From positions 1-64,000 of the forward strand of contig NW_013657656.1 in NCBI RefSeq assembly GCF_000142905.1: a stretch of DNA of 64,000 nucleotides, in the 5' to 3' direction. Origin of the DNA: Thecamonas trahens ATCC 50062 (lineage: Eukaryota > Protista > Apusomonadida). A program made the translations under genes and the position numbers. Shown here piece by piece: positions 1 through 14,000 of this stretch (its first letter is position 1; every line of letters begins with the position of its first letter). The notes beneath the pieces are model-generated. The model searched no databases. It saw only the letters and a program-made list of their open reading frames with translations, and was not told the origin of the DNA.

Positions 1-179
1 ACCCTAACCCTAACGGGCCCCCTAACCCTAACCCTAACCCTAACCCTAACCCAAAGCAAACCCTAACCCTAACCCTAACCCTAACCCTAACCCTAACCCT
101 AACCCTAACCCTAACCCTAACCCTAACCCTAACCCTAACCCTAACCCTAACCCTAACCCTAACCCTAACCCTAACCCTA
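1..179. repeat. Telomeric repeat (CCCTAA)n, i.e. TTAGGG on the minus strand
   Basis: Tandem CCCTAA from the window start with two short interruptions (13-20, 52-60). It ends in CCCTAG at 175-180. Confidence 0.98.
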
Positions 180-2038
180 GCTGATGCCTCATCAACCCTA
201 GCACTCACTCCACCTGCCACTCACTGCCTCCTTGCCACCCCTACCCATCCCATGCATGACCCACATCCACATTCGCACCCACTCCACCATATTCATCCTC
301 CACCCTACCGTGTGCATGGCTGTGCATGGGCGTGATTTGAGTCGTTGATGCTGATTCACAATCCCCATCCCCCCATTGACACTTGCCCGTGTCACACGTT
401 CGGCCGAGTCGCATGTGCGAGTTGGTGGGTGACATGAATGTCATTCAACATTTTCATGATTCGCCACTCGTCACTTGTTGGATTGTTTGATGTTCAATTG
501 AATGTCATCGATTATTGTCAATTGATCATTCGATTCTTTCCGTTTCTTTTCTTGTTGTCTGACCATGGTCTTTGTTCTTTGTCGTTCATGGTTCCAAATT
601 CTTTGTTGTTGCTTTTGCCTGCCCTCATGTTGTGCTCTGGCTGCTTTTGCCTTTGATGCTTGACCGTAGTCGACTTGCATCCTCATTGATCATTGCCTTT
701 GCTCTTGTTGTTGGTTTGTATCATTATTCGTCATGCTTCATTTGTTCTTGATTCTCCTGTTTTCATTGACGTTGACTTCCACATCCACCATCGGCCCTTG
801 CTCACTACACTATCGATTCTCAACTTTGTTGTCGTTTGTCGTGGTCAGTAGTTTGGTATGCAATGTATTTTGTGTTGACCTTGTTGTGTTGTGGTCATGG
901 CTGATCTGCAGATCTGATCGATCAACCGCGCCCTACCTCATCGACCTGAACGTCACCCGAGTCCATTCCATTGCCTGCTAGCTTTGTCCAGTCCCTGTTG
1001 GCTTACTCATACGTGTGTTGTGCAAGCTATGTATGATCTTTGGTTGTTGTTGTGGACGTCATTGTCTCGTTTGATGCCCGTTCCGGCTTTCTTCAATTAA
1101 TTCAACGTTCAAGTCAATTAACGTCCGCCGCCTTCCCTCTGCCGGCCAAGTACCCGCCGCCCCTATCGCCCACACCCCACACACACCCATCAGCCGTATC
1201 ATACTCACCTTCATCAATGCTCAAGCCCAATCGCCATACCCACCACCCCTTCGCCCGTCACGACCCCACGTCACGACCCCCTCATCCCCCCCTACTATAC
1301 TCATTACCACCCGTCACCACAAACGACCACCCCCACCCCCTACCCCACCACCATCACTATCATCCCAGCCACAGCCCCCACCCAAAGGCCTTGGCCATGC
1401 CCACCACCATCCCATCGCGCACCCCGCTTCTTCTTCCTTCTCCTTCTCCTCCTCTCCTCGCTCTACCTCACCCCCATCCTCATCCCCGACCTCGACACCC
1501 ACACCCCTCAACCATCACTATTCATACTGCTCAATCGCCAACCAACAGCAATCTCGAGCCACCCAGCCCCGACCCAGCTCCCTCTGCTGCCCCTGCCTCG
1601 TTGACCACCAGCCGCAAGCCGCCGCCCACCCGCCCGATGAGCCCACCTTCATCACCACCTAGCTCCCACCCACCACCAGCTACACAACCCGCGACCACAC
1701 CCAAGGTCATCACACATCCCACACTATCTCCAGTATCAATATCGCTGTCATCGATACCCATCGACCGCGGCTCACTTTCGCGTCGACTTGTTTGCCTAGG
1801 CGGTTGAGCACGCCCTCGACCGCCCGACCCCGCACACAACCCCCATCACACTCATTGCAAGATATGGCCAATCGGATTTCACTACTACCCTACTACATAC
1901 ACACACTACCCCCATGCACAGTCTCCAATCTACAGTTGCAGTATTCCAGAATCCGAGTTCTGCCACCTGAGGCCCAACTTGTTGTCCTGGTGTTGTTTCG
2001 ACATCGCTCGTAGCGATGCGCGGTCGCGGCAACACTTT
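180..2038. other. Short subtelomeric non-coding region (T/TTG-rich 430-1100, then C-rich 1140-1930)
   Basis: Composition differs sharply from the GC3-rich genes. ORFs here are short or low-complexity with no recognisable motif. Confidence 0.6.
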
Positions 2039-5000
2039 TTAATCGAGCCACGCACCCATGGCCGACGTGCTCACCGAAAAGTCGGTGTCGACTGCCCGAC
2101 AGTTCTCAACTGCATACAGCAGCTTGGCTCGCATCACGTCGTAGTTGGTCTGTGCCGGGAGTGAGAGCATAAAGAAGCACGTGTGCGCTTCTGGCAGAAT
2201 GTCGTCGACCTTGCCGTCCTTGCGGACGCGGAGCTCCTCGATGGTAAACTGCTGGACCCACGAGTCCTGCAACGGGAGACGTGTCCGTCCCCACACAAAC
2301 TTGAGGAACAGCGCCCGCTCGTCCATCGAGAACGACTCCAGTACCTTCCAGAACGTGGCAATGACCGGATGCGATGCAGAGTAGCCCCCGCGGTACACCG
2401 TGTGAGCCCGGAGGGTCTCGATCGAGATATCGACCCGACCACACACCAGCAGCTCCAGGTCCTGCCACGAGAACAGCGCCAGCAGCCGCGCCGGGATGAC
2501 CGAGTTGAGTCCACGCCGCATCGCCCGCGTCTGGTCGTCGGCTTCGTGCAGCCGCGCCGCAAGCACCGCCTGCGTGAACTCGGTTCGGTCCTCGTACGTC
2601 ACAACTCGTGACGTGCCACCCTCCTCGAGCTCAATCACGTTGCCGGCCGAGTCAAGAGTGGTGAAAACTTCGTCGACAACAACACCAAAGTCATCGCGAG
2701 AGAATGCTGCAATCTGTTCCATGGCCTGCACCGTGAGCTTGTCAATTGCGTCGAGGTCGCCGAGCACAAGCTTCTCCCCGAGTAGTGCCTTCCACACCAG
2801 CGACGGAAGCGCAAACGGCATGTAGAACTTGGTACGGATCGCCAGTCCCATGAGTGCGCCCACAAATTCGTACATCCCCAGCGCGCTCGACGACTTGGCT
2901 CCCGGGTTCGGCACCCACTTGTCACGGTTGAGTCCAACGTCCGTCCGTCCGTTCGGCGAGAGACGGAAAAGCGGCGTCACCTCGGACATGAGGTCTGCCA
3001 CTGCGGTTGTCAGTGCCTCGCGATACGGTCCGCCGGCGTCAATCGAGCCCTCGCCCAGAAAGTCGGCCTTGAACATCTGCTGGTCGGCCTTGGCGGTGGC
3101 AAAGCGCCGCGCATACGGCCCTGCCCGCAGTCCCGCATACAGCTGGCCGAAAATCTTGCTGCACACCGCTCGTCCACCACACGCTGTGTCACGGTAGGAG
3201 CACCGGTTGAGCTTCCTGCCGCGGCCGGCGCAGCAGCACTCTCGGCTGCAGACGCCTTAATCCGGTTGAGACTCACCACCATTCGGCTTGAGTCCATCTC
3301 GTTCAACGCCGCAGCAGCAGCGCGCCGCTCCTCCTCGAGTCGCTCGCTGAACACTTCCATCTTGGTGTTGAAAAACAGAAGGACGCGGATGTTGAACACC
3401 ACATGCGAGAGCGCCATCTCGTCGAGCCACCGCGCCGCCTCTATGCCGGCTCCAGCGCGCCCGCCCGTCTCGAGTGCGTGCACATCAGTCACGTCCACAA
3501 ACTTGAGCAGCGGCGAAACAAGCGAGTTGAGGTACTTGATAACAACAAACCGCGCAACAAGCGCGTCGCATGCCACTCCGCGTAGCGGCGCGAATCGGAT
3601 GAGCGCCGTCTCGCTGAGGTCGAGCGTCAGTGGATCAAGCGTCTCCACAGCAGCCTCGCCATGTGTCGCCTGGTTCTGCGCACATGCCACCAGCGCCGCG
3701 TCACCTTCAAGTGACCAGGCTTGGCTGGCGTCAAGTGCGAGCGCAGCCTCCAGAAGCCGCGTCCGCAGACTACTGACAAGCTCATCGGCAGGCTCGCCGG
3801 CCGCCAGCGGCTCCGCCAGTGGGTGGTCGGCCACGTAGCCCTTGAACACCACAGATGCCAGCGACATGCCTGCGTTCGACTTGGAGCTCAACAACTTGAT
3901 CACCACGTACGAGCCCGGAAGCGGCGTCTCAAACTTGACGCTTGTAGTCCGTGACTTGCCACCGAATGTGAACATGGCCACCGGCTCATGGTCGCGCGCC
4001 GCCGCCGAGCTTGCCACACGCCGCTCCGCCACCTTGGCATACTGCTTGGCCGTAAAGCCATCGCACCATGAAAATGCCGCGAGCTTGGGCTTCTCGCGGC
4101 AGACAAAGACAAGGCCTGACACAACTGCATGCTGTGCATGGCTGCTACTGCTGCTGCTGCTGCTTGACCCAAATCCTCCGCCAAACCCGAATCCACTCGA
4201 TTTGCCGCTACTGCGTGCCATGTCGGCGACATTGGTCAGTACCACCTCTGAGAGCACAACCTGTGACTCGCTGCTGCCAGGACGCTCGCCCTCGCCGCTT
4301 CCTGATACCGTCTTGGCCGCAAACACAAGATTGACGTTGCTGCGCTCGCTGGTGAAAAAGTACCTATTCGGGTCTGTCGACAGCAGCGCGTCGCCAGAGG
4401 TCGAGGTCAACGACATACCAAACGGCGTGCCCGAGCTAGTGACGTGAGTACTGGCGCCCCAAGTCGAGGAACTGTGTGCAGCGCTTCCATACGAACCACC
4501 CCATGGCGAGGACGTCGCCGTGCTACCAAAGAGCGAGGTAGACGGCTGGCTGAACTGCGGCTGGCCAAAAAGCGACGGTGACGGCGACGGCGATGACCCG
4601 GATCCGGTTGCCCTGCGCTTACTTCCGGAACGCTTTTGGCCAGCCTCGTCGTCGACGGCTTCAAACGCTAGCGCGTTCGGCTCGTCCGAAATCTCTCGTG
4701 CAAGTGCCGCTTCGACCAGCTTGGCGTCGATTGTTGTCCGCGCTGCGACCGCCGTAGCCACCGACGACGCCAGCTGGAACTGGTCTAGCCGGCTCGGCGC
4801 GTCCAGCCGTGCGTCATGGAGCGGGAGGTAGTCGGCAAAGTTGGCGTCGGTCACCTCGTGGGCCCATGGCGACGCGCCAAAGTTGACGACAGCCTCTGTC
4901 ATGTTCGGAACGCCTACAATCGGATGCAACCCGCTGCCAATCGGGATGGACGTCACCATCGCCGGTGGTGCGGCCACGCCCTGAGCCATGAGCGAGAACA

Positions 5001-8000
5001 AGCCCGCGTCGGCATCGAGGAACACGCGGACAGTGTAGACTGGAACCTTGCCCTCGTCACGCTTGATATCCTCAAACTTGGCCGGCACTGCCGTCGACAT
5101 GTACGGTACGTTGAAGTGCACCCCGGGGTTGACCGCGCCAGGCATGCTCGACTCGGCGTAGATCGAGTGCGTCTGCACAATGGCCGAAACGGCGTGGCCC
5201 GAGCGCAACTGTTCCGACACCCGGCCCCACGCCTGCGTAGCCCAGCCAATCAAAAATGGCTGAGACCCGTTGAAGATCGAGACCTCAAACGTCCACTTGC
5301 CAGCGCTCACAGACACGTCACCCATGAAGCAGCGCATCGACGCCGCCGCCTGTGAGAAGCCAAACCCGCTACTCGCCTGCATAATGGCGGCCGGAACTTC
5401 TTTCTCGGCAGCAATCCGGAGGCTCGGCGTGATCGTCGACCGATCGATGTCTACAAGCGAGACATTGCGGAAGCCATGGCGCGCGACCTTGTACAGCAGC
5501 GCGTCGGTGACTGATGGCACGCCGCGGCTCTCGAGCGCCACCTCGCGCGAGATTACATCTTCGAGATCAGGGCGAAGCGGTGCGAGCGGCTGGACATCTT
5601 CAGCCTCCTCGGCTTCCGCCTCTGTCTTGGCATTGTCATTAGACTCCGCCTCGGCTTTGGCGGCGGCGGCGGCGGCGGCGCGAATGGTAGTCGCGGCGAC
5701 GTCGTCAGCGTCAAAGTCGGGAGCGGCCGGAAAGACGTGGCGCGCAACAATGAGAAGCTCAAGGAGCGCCTGGACGTGGGCCGACGGCACACGGTCCGGC
5801 ACACACTGGATGGCCTTGCGGCGAGCGAGCACGGCGTAGGCAACCTCAAGCTCGTCAATCAGCTCCGGAAGTGTTGCACGGGCGGACTCGTCGGCGGCTG
5901 CCGTGTTGAAAACAGACGACCATTGGCGGAAGAGCGCTGCCGCCGCTCGGCAAGTCTCCTCGGCGACCTCAATCGAGTCCACGTGCGGGAGGACGGAGAG
6001 GAGCTTGACTACAATATTGGCGTCGATGACCGGCTGCCGTGAGGCGACGAGCAAGTCTAGCAGGTTGAGCGCGGAGCTGACAGCTGCGGCGGCCGGCGCC
6101 GGCTCGGCCTCGTTCGACTCCATCTTGAGCGGGACAATGGTGAACCGGTAGCCGTAGCGCGTCGGCTGGTTGCTTGCTGTCCGGGTTGTGTCAAACTCGA
6201 CAAACAGCTCTGAATCCGTAAGCGCTGCCTGGTTGAAGATAAAGAAAGAAGCGGGCGGCGTGTTTCCACTCACAGTTCCGATGCTCTGGGTCCGGCCCGG
6301 ACCATGCGAGAAAACAAGGTTGTCATCGTAGTCGAGCGAGGTCCGAGGATCGACAATGATTACCGCTGTCTTGACATTGGTCGGGATCGGGATCGAAAAC
6401 GCCTTGAGCTCGCCGTGCCGATAGTTGTGTTGCGACTCGTACACTTGCGGCTCAGTGGCGAGCGGCGCCTTACTAAGCACGCCATCAAGGAGACCGTGGA
6501 ACCGCGCGCTGAGAATGTCGACCGTGTCCGACGCCACATCGTTGCCAAGCTGCATGGTCGAGATGAGCGCCGTCCGGAGACGGGCCGATGAAACCGTGGC
6601 CGCCAGCGCAGGCACGTCCGGTGCTGCCATTCCGAGCGCGATTGCCCGTGCAAGCGTGTCGGCATCGGTCAGCTTCGACAGCGGAAGAGAGCGCGGCCAG
6701 AACGCCACCGCGCCGGCCAGGGCGCGCGTGGCAAAGTGTGCGACGACCTGCTTTTGCACAGCGGCGAGCTCGGCGAGGACAATCGAGAGCGGTGTCATGC
6801 GGAGGACGGTGACGTAGCTTGTCATTCGTGACATTCCGTGGTTCACGCCGGCCTTCGCTCCGTCATCGGTACTAAGCTCGGCGGTAAGCTGTGCAGGTCG
6901 AGGCCCACCAAAGTTAAAGCCACTCGAGTGGAACGAGCTTCCATCTGCAAGCGAGGCCCGCAGTGAGGCGATAGCACCCTGCCCGCCGCCAATCGCCTGC
7001 CACGCATCAGCAAGAGCGCCCAGGCCGGGCTGCAGCTCACGCGAGGTGACAAGACCATTGGCCAGACACTCCGCGGACCCGTCGTCAGCTGTGTCGGCGA
7101 CAGTGTCCTTGGCCGGCTCAGGTAGCGCTTCCTCCTTGCCCTTACGCGAGGGCTTTGCTGCTGGTGCGTCCAGATCGTTGAGCATTGCATCTTGCTCGCG
7201 CATCCACGACACGTTTTCGTCAAGCCACTCGCGCGCGGCGTCAAAGTCGAAGACCTCAACGTTGTTCTTCGAGGTGGCTGTGACCGACAGAGCACGATCG
7301 GCATGGGCTTGCTCGAACCCGTGTTCCTCGACGAGCTTGCGCGACATGATGGTCTTCACAAGCTTCGACGGCTCCTCACTCGACGGCTCATCCAAAACCT
7401 CGCGCAGTTTGGTCGCTGCAGCGCACGAGACAATGACCGCCGGAGCCGCCAGCGGCTGTGTTGCCTCGGTGCTTGTCTCGTTGGACACCAGTCCGTCATC
7501 GACAGGGTCGTCGGTGGCAAAGACGATTGTCACAGCGCCAGCCTCAATAGCGGCTGCCGCACGCCCCTTGAAATCGAGCAGTGCGTCCAATACAACAACT
7601 GCACCAGCAACTCGCTCCGGTGTCGGCTCGGTGTCGAGCGGAACGTATGTCAGGTGGCCCGAGATGGTGCATGTCGGTGATGCCGAGATCGACGAGACCA
7701 CAAACCCGATCGAAAGCTTGGCAGCCGTGAGGCGCAGTGTACCGAACACCAGAGGTGTGTCTTCGGCCTTTGCAGTCGCCTCAGTCTCCGCCTCTGCAGT
7801 CTCGTTCTCTTTCGCTGGAGAAGAGTTCGGGGCGGCGCCGGAGCTGGCCTGGCTTCCAGTCTCTGCTGCACCGAACGAGAACCCGCCGCTGCCCTCAGCC
7901 GACGTCTCATGCGCAGCACCAAACGAGAACCCGCCGCTGCCCTCAGCCGACGTCTCATGCGCAGCACCAAACGAGAACCCGCCGCTGCCCTCAGCCGGCG

Positions 8001-11000
8001 CAGCAGGCGCAGCACCAAACGAGAACCCGCCGCTACCCTCAGCCGACGTCTCATGCGCAGCACCAAACGAGAATCCGCCGCTACCCTCAGCCGACGTCTC
8101 ATGCGCAGCACCAAACGAGAACTCACTCCCCGCCTCAGCCGGCGCAGCAGGCGCAGCACCAAACGAGAACCCGCCGCTGCCCTCAGCCGGCGCAGCAGGC
8201 GCAGCACCAAACGAGAACCCACTCCCCGCCTCAGCCGACATCTCAGGCGCAGCACCAAACGAGAACCCACTCCCCGCCTCGGCCGACGCAGCAGGCGCAG
8301 CACCAAACGAGAACCCGCCGCTACCGCCGGCAGCCACAGGTCCACTACCACCGGCCTCGCTACCAGTCTTCTTCGCCGATTCGCCGCTCGTCAGCAGCTC
8401 GACCATAATCTTTGGTTCCTCTCGGATCCTCCGCGTGGCCTCGTTGATGAGTTGGTTGACCTTGAACTCGAGCTCGGTGATCGACGGCACCGTGGCCGCC
8501 TCTTCGAGCGCGAGCGAGGCCAGGAGCTGAACGCCCGCAACCTGTGCAAGCTCTTCCGCTGCCCCTTCCGCCGGAAGAAGCGCAAGCACCAACCGCATTG
8601 CCCGCCCGCGGAGCTCAGCAAGAAGCGCCGACTCGGTGCTTCCGGCGTTCACGGTGACCACGGCAAGCAAGTCACGAATGAGGCTCCTGACATCTACGCC
8701 AGGCACATCGTCTGGCACGCTCACCCCCACGTCGTCGATCGGCTCGAGCTCGTTGACATTGACCACAACCACGTCGTCGTCGTCATCACGAACAATCGCG
8801 AGCTTGTCCACGCTCTGGGACATCGTGAGGATGGTACCCGAAAAGTGCGAGATCGGTGACGAGATCCGCGCCCCGGCCCGGAACGTCTCGGCATACCCAC
8901 CCGCAACAGCGAGTGCTCCCAGCGCGTGCCACACCACCTGCCAGTCGGCCGCGCCAAGTGACTCGAGATCATGCCCGGCCTCCAGCTCCGCGCACAACCG
9001 AACCGCACTCGTCATGTGTGCAAGTCCAGCAGCCACCTCACCTGCAATCCGGCTCCCGATCCGCGGCGCCCGCTTCACAAGATGCCGCACGAGGTACACT
9101 CCCTCCGACCACGAATGCAGCGACTCGGCAGAGTGCAGCGTCCGCAGCGGCACGCCACCGACACGCGAAAACGCCCCACTCTTCCGATTGGCCGCCACTA
9201 GCGCCGGTGCACTCAGCGCCTGCCCAATCGACACCAGCAGGTACTCGCCCAAGCTCTGTGAGCACGAGTCGGCAGCAAGCTCGCGTTCTGCGCGCACAGC
9301 CGCCGCGTCAACCAGCTTGGCATCCGGCGCACTCTCGGCCGCAAGCAGGTGCCGCAGCGTCCGCGTCACCACAAACCGCATTCGCCCGCTTCCGGCCTTG
9401 AGCATCGTGAACAGCGAGGTGAGGAGCTGGTCAGAATGCAGACGGCTCCGCGCCACAGGCCAGTGGACCATCGAATACAGCAACCCGAGCAACTTGACCT
9501 GCACTGCATCGTCAAAACTGGCGTCCGTCTGGTATGAGAGCACACTGCGGAGCCGCTTACCCTCATCCATGTCGCGCGAAGCGACCATGGACTTACTGCG
9601 CGGTCCTGGACCCGCCACGCCTGCGCTTGGCTGTGTAGGGTGCAACAAATCAGGTCGCGCTCTGAATCCCCCAGCTGCCACATTAGCGCTGCCCGGCTGC
9701 TCGCCGTTGCCGCCAGCGTCTGCAGCCGCCATCGGCGAAGCGAACGACATGCCAATCTTTTCGTCAAAGAGACTGCCAAAACTCGAAACCCCTCGGCCTG
9801 CACTCCATCCGCAGCATTTGGCAGGCCCTTTGCCGTCACCAGCAGCGGTGTAAAGTCGTCAAAGCTCTTGGTGGACTCGACTGCCGCGCTTGCTGCCTTG
9901 TTCAGCTGCGACGAGAGAATCCCAAGCAGCGGCACCATGACGTTGGCGTCCGCAAACAGTGCTCCGAGCTCGTTCGAGTGCTGAATGATGGTCGTGATGA
10001 TGACATCAAGCAGCGCCCATGACGCCATCTGGTACGACTCGCCACCGTCCTCGCCCCCGTCAGCAGTCGCCGTCGCCTCGAGCAGCGTGTGCAGCGACGT
10101 TAGCACGCCCGATGAGATAAGTCGCCGGTACACGTCGGCGTCAAAGGCCACGTTGAACGTCCGCAGCGTCTCGGCCAGCAGATCCGCGCCCGACACCGTC
10201 GGCGCCTCCAGCATCGTCACTAGCTTGGAGTAAAGACCTGCAAACGCGCTTGCAACAGCCTCGCCGAGATCCACGCCCGTAGGCGTTACCATGCCCATCA
10301 CATCCGGGGCAAGCCCCAGTCGCGCGTCGGCCTTCCGCCGCGAGAGCGCGGGCACAATGCACCGCACCACCTCGCGCTTGACGCTTGCGAGGCTCACAGC
10401 GTCGAGCAGCCGCGAAAACGCGTCAAGCCCCAGCTTGCGCAGCCGTGCCCGGTGTCGCCGAGCCGCAAGCGCCGCACGCACCTTATCCAGCTCAACCTCG
10501 GTCGACATAAAGCCGAGAATGAGTCGCCACAGAATCGCCGACCGCTCCTCGGGCGCAGCCGTCCGCAGCGTCGCCTCTCCCTGCACAGACTTCCACGCCA
10601 GCAGCGTAGACCGCGCCTCGCGCTGTGCCTCCGACACACCCTCTCGCACCGCGTCCTCGCGCGACTGCTGTCGCACCAGAAGCGCCTCGCCCATCGACGG
10701 CGCGTCAAGGTCCGGCAGAATGTCGACGGCAGAGTAGAGTGAGAGTAGGAACTTTGACCGCGCCATAACTCTCGAGCACAGCTCCGCATACCCGGTTTCG
10801 CGGGAGGAAAATGGCGATGGCAGAGCCGCCTCGCCCTTGTTGCTGCCGCCGGCTTCGGCATTGCCCTTAGCTCTGGTCTCGCCGCCATCCTGGCTCTCGG
10901 CTTCAGCGGCATCGCCGCCTATGTCAGCGCCGTCGTCAGACTCATCCGACACTTCGGCCTCGGGCTGTGCCAGCTTGGACTGCTCCAGCTGGAACTGGTC

Positions 11001-14000
11001 CAGGAGCCATCGCCGGAGTCGGTGTGCCCTCACATAGAGCCAAGTCACTGTCGAAGGAATCTCCACATCGGCCTTGCCGCCAGCCAGCTCCTCGACAACG
11101 TCCAGAATCTCCTCCATGGCACCAGCGTGGTGGACGGCGGCAGCAAATACAGCTCGCACCGCGAGAGCCACCACATCCCGTACAGCAGCAGGAACCGGAA
11201 ACGGCGGAATCGTCACCGATGCGTCCAGCGCCGCAAGCACGGCGCTCGTCTCGGCGTCGGGCTTCTCGCTCAGCAGGCCGCTCACCAACGCCTCCTCCTG
11301 CTTTGACCGCGCGCCGAGTGTCGAGCTCGCCGCCGGTGCCAGTAGCGCCCGCAGGCTCTTGCCGTTCGCAAATAACTCGGTCGGGAACCACTCGAGCTGC
11401 TCCAGCTCGCCATCCGGTGACGCGTCTGGAACCATCTCGCCGCCAGCCAGCAAGTCTGACGAAAGCAGCGTGCGCCCGACTTCGACCTCGGCCTCCGAGC
11501 TCGGCACGCCGGATGTAACAAGCGCCGCGCACTGCGCCGCAAACGTGGCAATCGCCTTCTCCAAATCAAGCAGCCACGGTAGCATGTCCTGCCGCTCGTG
11601 GATCGTTGCCCGAGCTGTCACCGCAAAGCCGGTGATGCCCGAGTACCCCGAGTCGTACACCAGGTACACCGTCGACGACTGCACAGCAACTGTGCCTCCG
11701 GCACGGAGCGACTCGTCCACAGGTGACTCCTGGTTGGGTGCCAGGTAGATCGAGAGCGTGCCATTCGGATCCAGCCGGTCGATGCTGATCCGCATCGACG
11801 TCGCATCTGGAATGTTCAGTACGTGCTCGCTCCGTCCGGTCGGGATCGCCACCCCGGCCGCGGCCGGGTACGCAACCCGCGCACTCTTTTCCTCGGCTGA
11901 CACGCTCACATTGCCTGCGTTGTTGTCATGCTCCGCCACAACCACGTCCGGCAAGTCCTTCGTCAGCGCATCGACAGCCTGAAGCAGCGCAACAACTGGT
12001 GGGAGAAGCTTGCCAGCAGCTTCCAGCTCAAGCGAAGCGTTCCAGAGCCCAGCAAACAGCGGGAGAAGAACAGTTCCAATCGACGTCTCCAGCACCGTCC
12101 ACACTGCAAGCTTGAGCTCGGTCTTGCTGCCTGGCGCAAAGGCACCTGCCGCGCCAAGCGCTTGTTCGAGCGTAAACGTGAGCAGCTCGCCGGCTGACCC
12201 GCACAGTTGCTCGACATAGTCAAGCACAAACTGTGTGGTTGGCCGATCCTCGGCGTGGGCCTCGCTCGCCGCCGCCGCAAGCAGTGCCATTTGCAAGTTA
12301 GTGAGGAAGGGAAGGCCGGCAGCAACCATGCTCGCATGTGGGCTCGAATGCGCCTCTAGCTGGGTCCGGTCGAGCTCGTCTCGCCGCGCCGCTGCCGACA
12401 GCGACAGAAGCCGCGCCTCAGTATCCTGAACCACAAGCGTGACCACAGCTGCGAGGAGCTTGCTTCCCGAGCCAGATTCACCGCTGATGAGCGTTGGCAC
12501 AAGTGCTAGGAGTGACGCTGGCTTGGCAAGCGTCACAAAGTATCGCTCAAGTAGCAGGACCCGGAGCGGATCCGCGTCCGCCCCGGCCGCGAGCACCTCG
12601 GCCACAAGCGACTGCAGCTCAGCGACGCGCTCTTCCGGCTCGACACAGAACAGCGGCAGGCCAATCGAGAGCGCATCACAGACCTCGGTGAGGAGCGGCT
12701 TCGAGACCAAGCTCGCCACCGGATTGCCCGCTGGTGACGCCACAAAGCCGTTGAGCAGAGCAATGTACCGCGCCCGCATGTCCGTTGCACTCGCTGCCTC
12801 GTCGGCTGAGACCGGCAGCGTCCGCGCCGCAAACGAGAGCTTGCCCTCGGCCGCTGCCGCTGCCGCCTTGGCCGCGGGCGGCACGTCCGAAACAAAACCA
12901 CAGTCTTCCGGCGAAACGTTCCACGCCACAAGGTGCGCGAGGTTGGCCCGCAGCACCCGCATGAGCGTGAGAAGCGCAAACATGTTGCCGCGAGACGCCT
13001 CGGCGCTGTCGTGGTACTGCTCCGCGAGGTGCTCGAGCAAGCTCAGCAGCTGGCGGAAGGTCTTGCCCGAGAGCTCGACCACTGAATCGATGCGAAAGTT
13101 GGCCGGTGCAATCAGGTCGGGGCTCTCCGGGAGCCACCCCAGCTCGGCCGCAAGCTGGCCGAGCAGATGGACTGCCACATGATCCTGCGGAACAGTCGCC
13201 AGGCTGTCAAGTACATCCGACGCCGCAATCTCCAGGTCTTCGTTTGAGTACGCTGGCAGCGGAAAGCTCGCCACGACAGCGGTCGCGTCCGAGACATCGA
13301 CCTCGTCCATCCCCGCTGCGACGGCGTCGCCGCGTGCAACCGCCGACGCTACGTCGAGCCGCATCGCCCGGGTCGACTTTGGCCCAGCCACTGAGAACGA
13401 GGTCACCGTCCGCGACTCGCTTGTGTACGTGAAAAGCAACTTGCCGTCAGCTGAAAACGTTGCTGCGTTGACGTCGCCGATCTCGGCGTCGAGTGTCTGG
13501 CGGTCGCATAGACTTCCGTCCTTGAGCGAGTAGACATCCACCATGGCAGAGCCCGAGTGCCGAAAAGCTTCGTACGCCACCTCACGCGGGTAGATGACCA
13601 GCAGCGACTCGCCGTTGCTTGCCAGCCCGATCGATGACATCGCGGTCCTTGGTAGGATGAGCGGCAGCGTCCGGGTCGACGCCCGCGGCACGGCGGCCAC
13701 CCGCGGAATCTTGGAATCCAGCCACTCGCCGTTGTGGACAATAGCCATGTGCGTCCCAGCCTCTGCCGCAAGGTTGAGCGCCCGGTTTCCAATGCCCTCA
13801 TCAAGCGGCCAGTATCCGACAAGGTCTGCCTCCTTGCCAGTCGTTTCTTCCTGTCCGAGCATCCGCAGCCGCGCCGCTGGCATCGCCACAGACCAGATCC
13901 GCAGCGCGCGGACTGCGCCACAGAAGCCGTTTGCACCCTGCATCGGCGCGCCAAACGCCCACTTGAGCCCTGGCGAGAGGGCGATGGGCGAAATCCATCG

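Noticed and set aside
13-60. Variant telomere units (CGGGCCCC, CAAAGCAAA)
   Set aside because: At the extreme contig end, where base quality is probably poor.
1040-1807. 255-aa Pro/His-rich ORF and other short subtelomeric ORFs
   Set aside because: A by-product of C-rich low-complexity DNA, with no motif or convincing codon pattern.
7861-8340. 48-bp periodic array as a CRISPR array
   Set aside because: The 'spacers' are near-identical, the array is in frame within a eukaryotic CDS, and there are no cas genes.
9757-9803. A 47-nt GTGCAG...AAAG intron as the explanation for the first HECT frame break
   Set aside because: It is arithmetically possible, but the donor differs from the GTA(T/C)G donors seen elsewhere, and a single homopolymer base explains it as at the other 11 sites. 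Not fully excluded.
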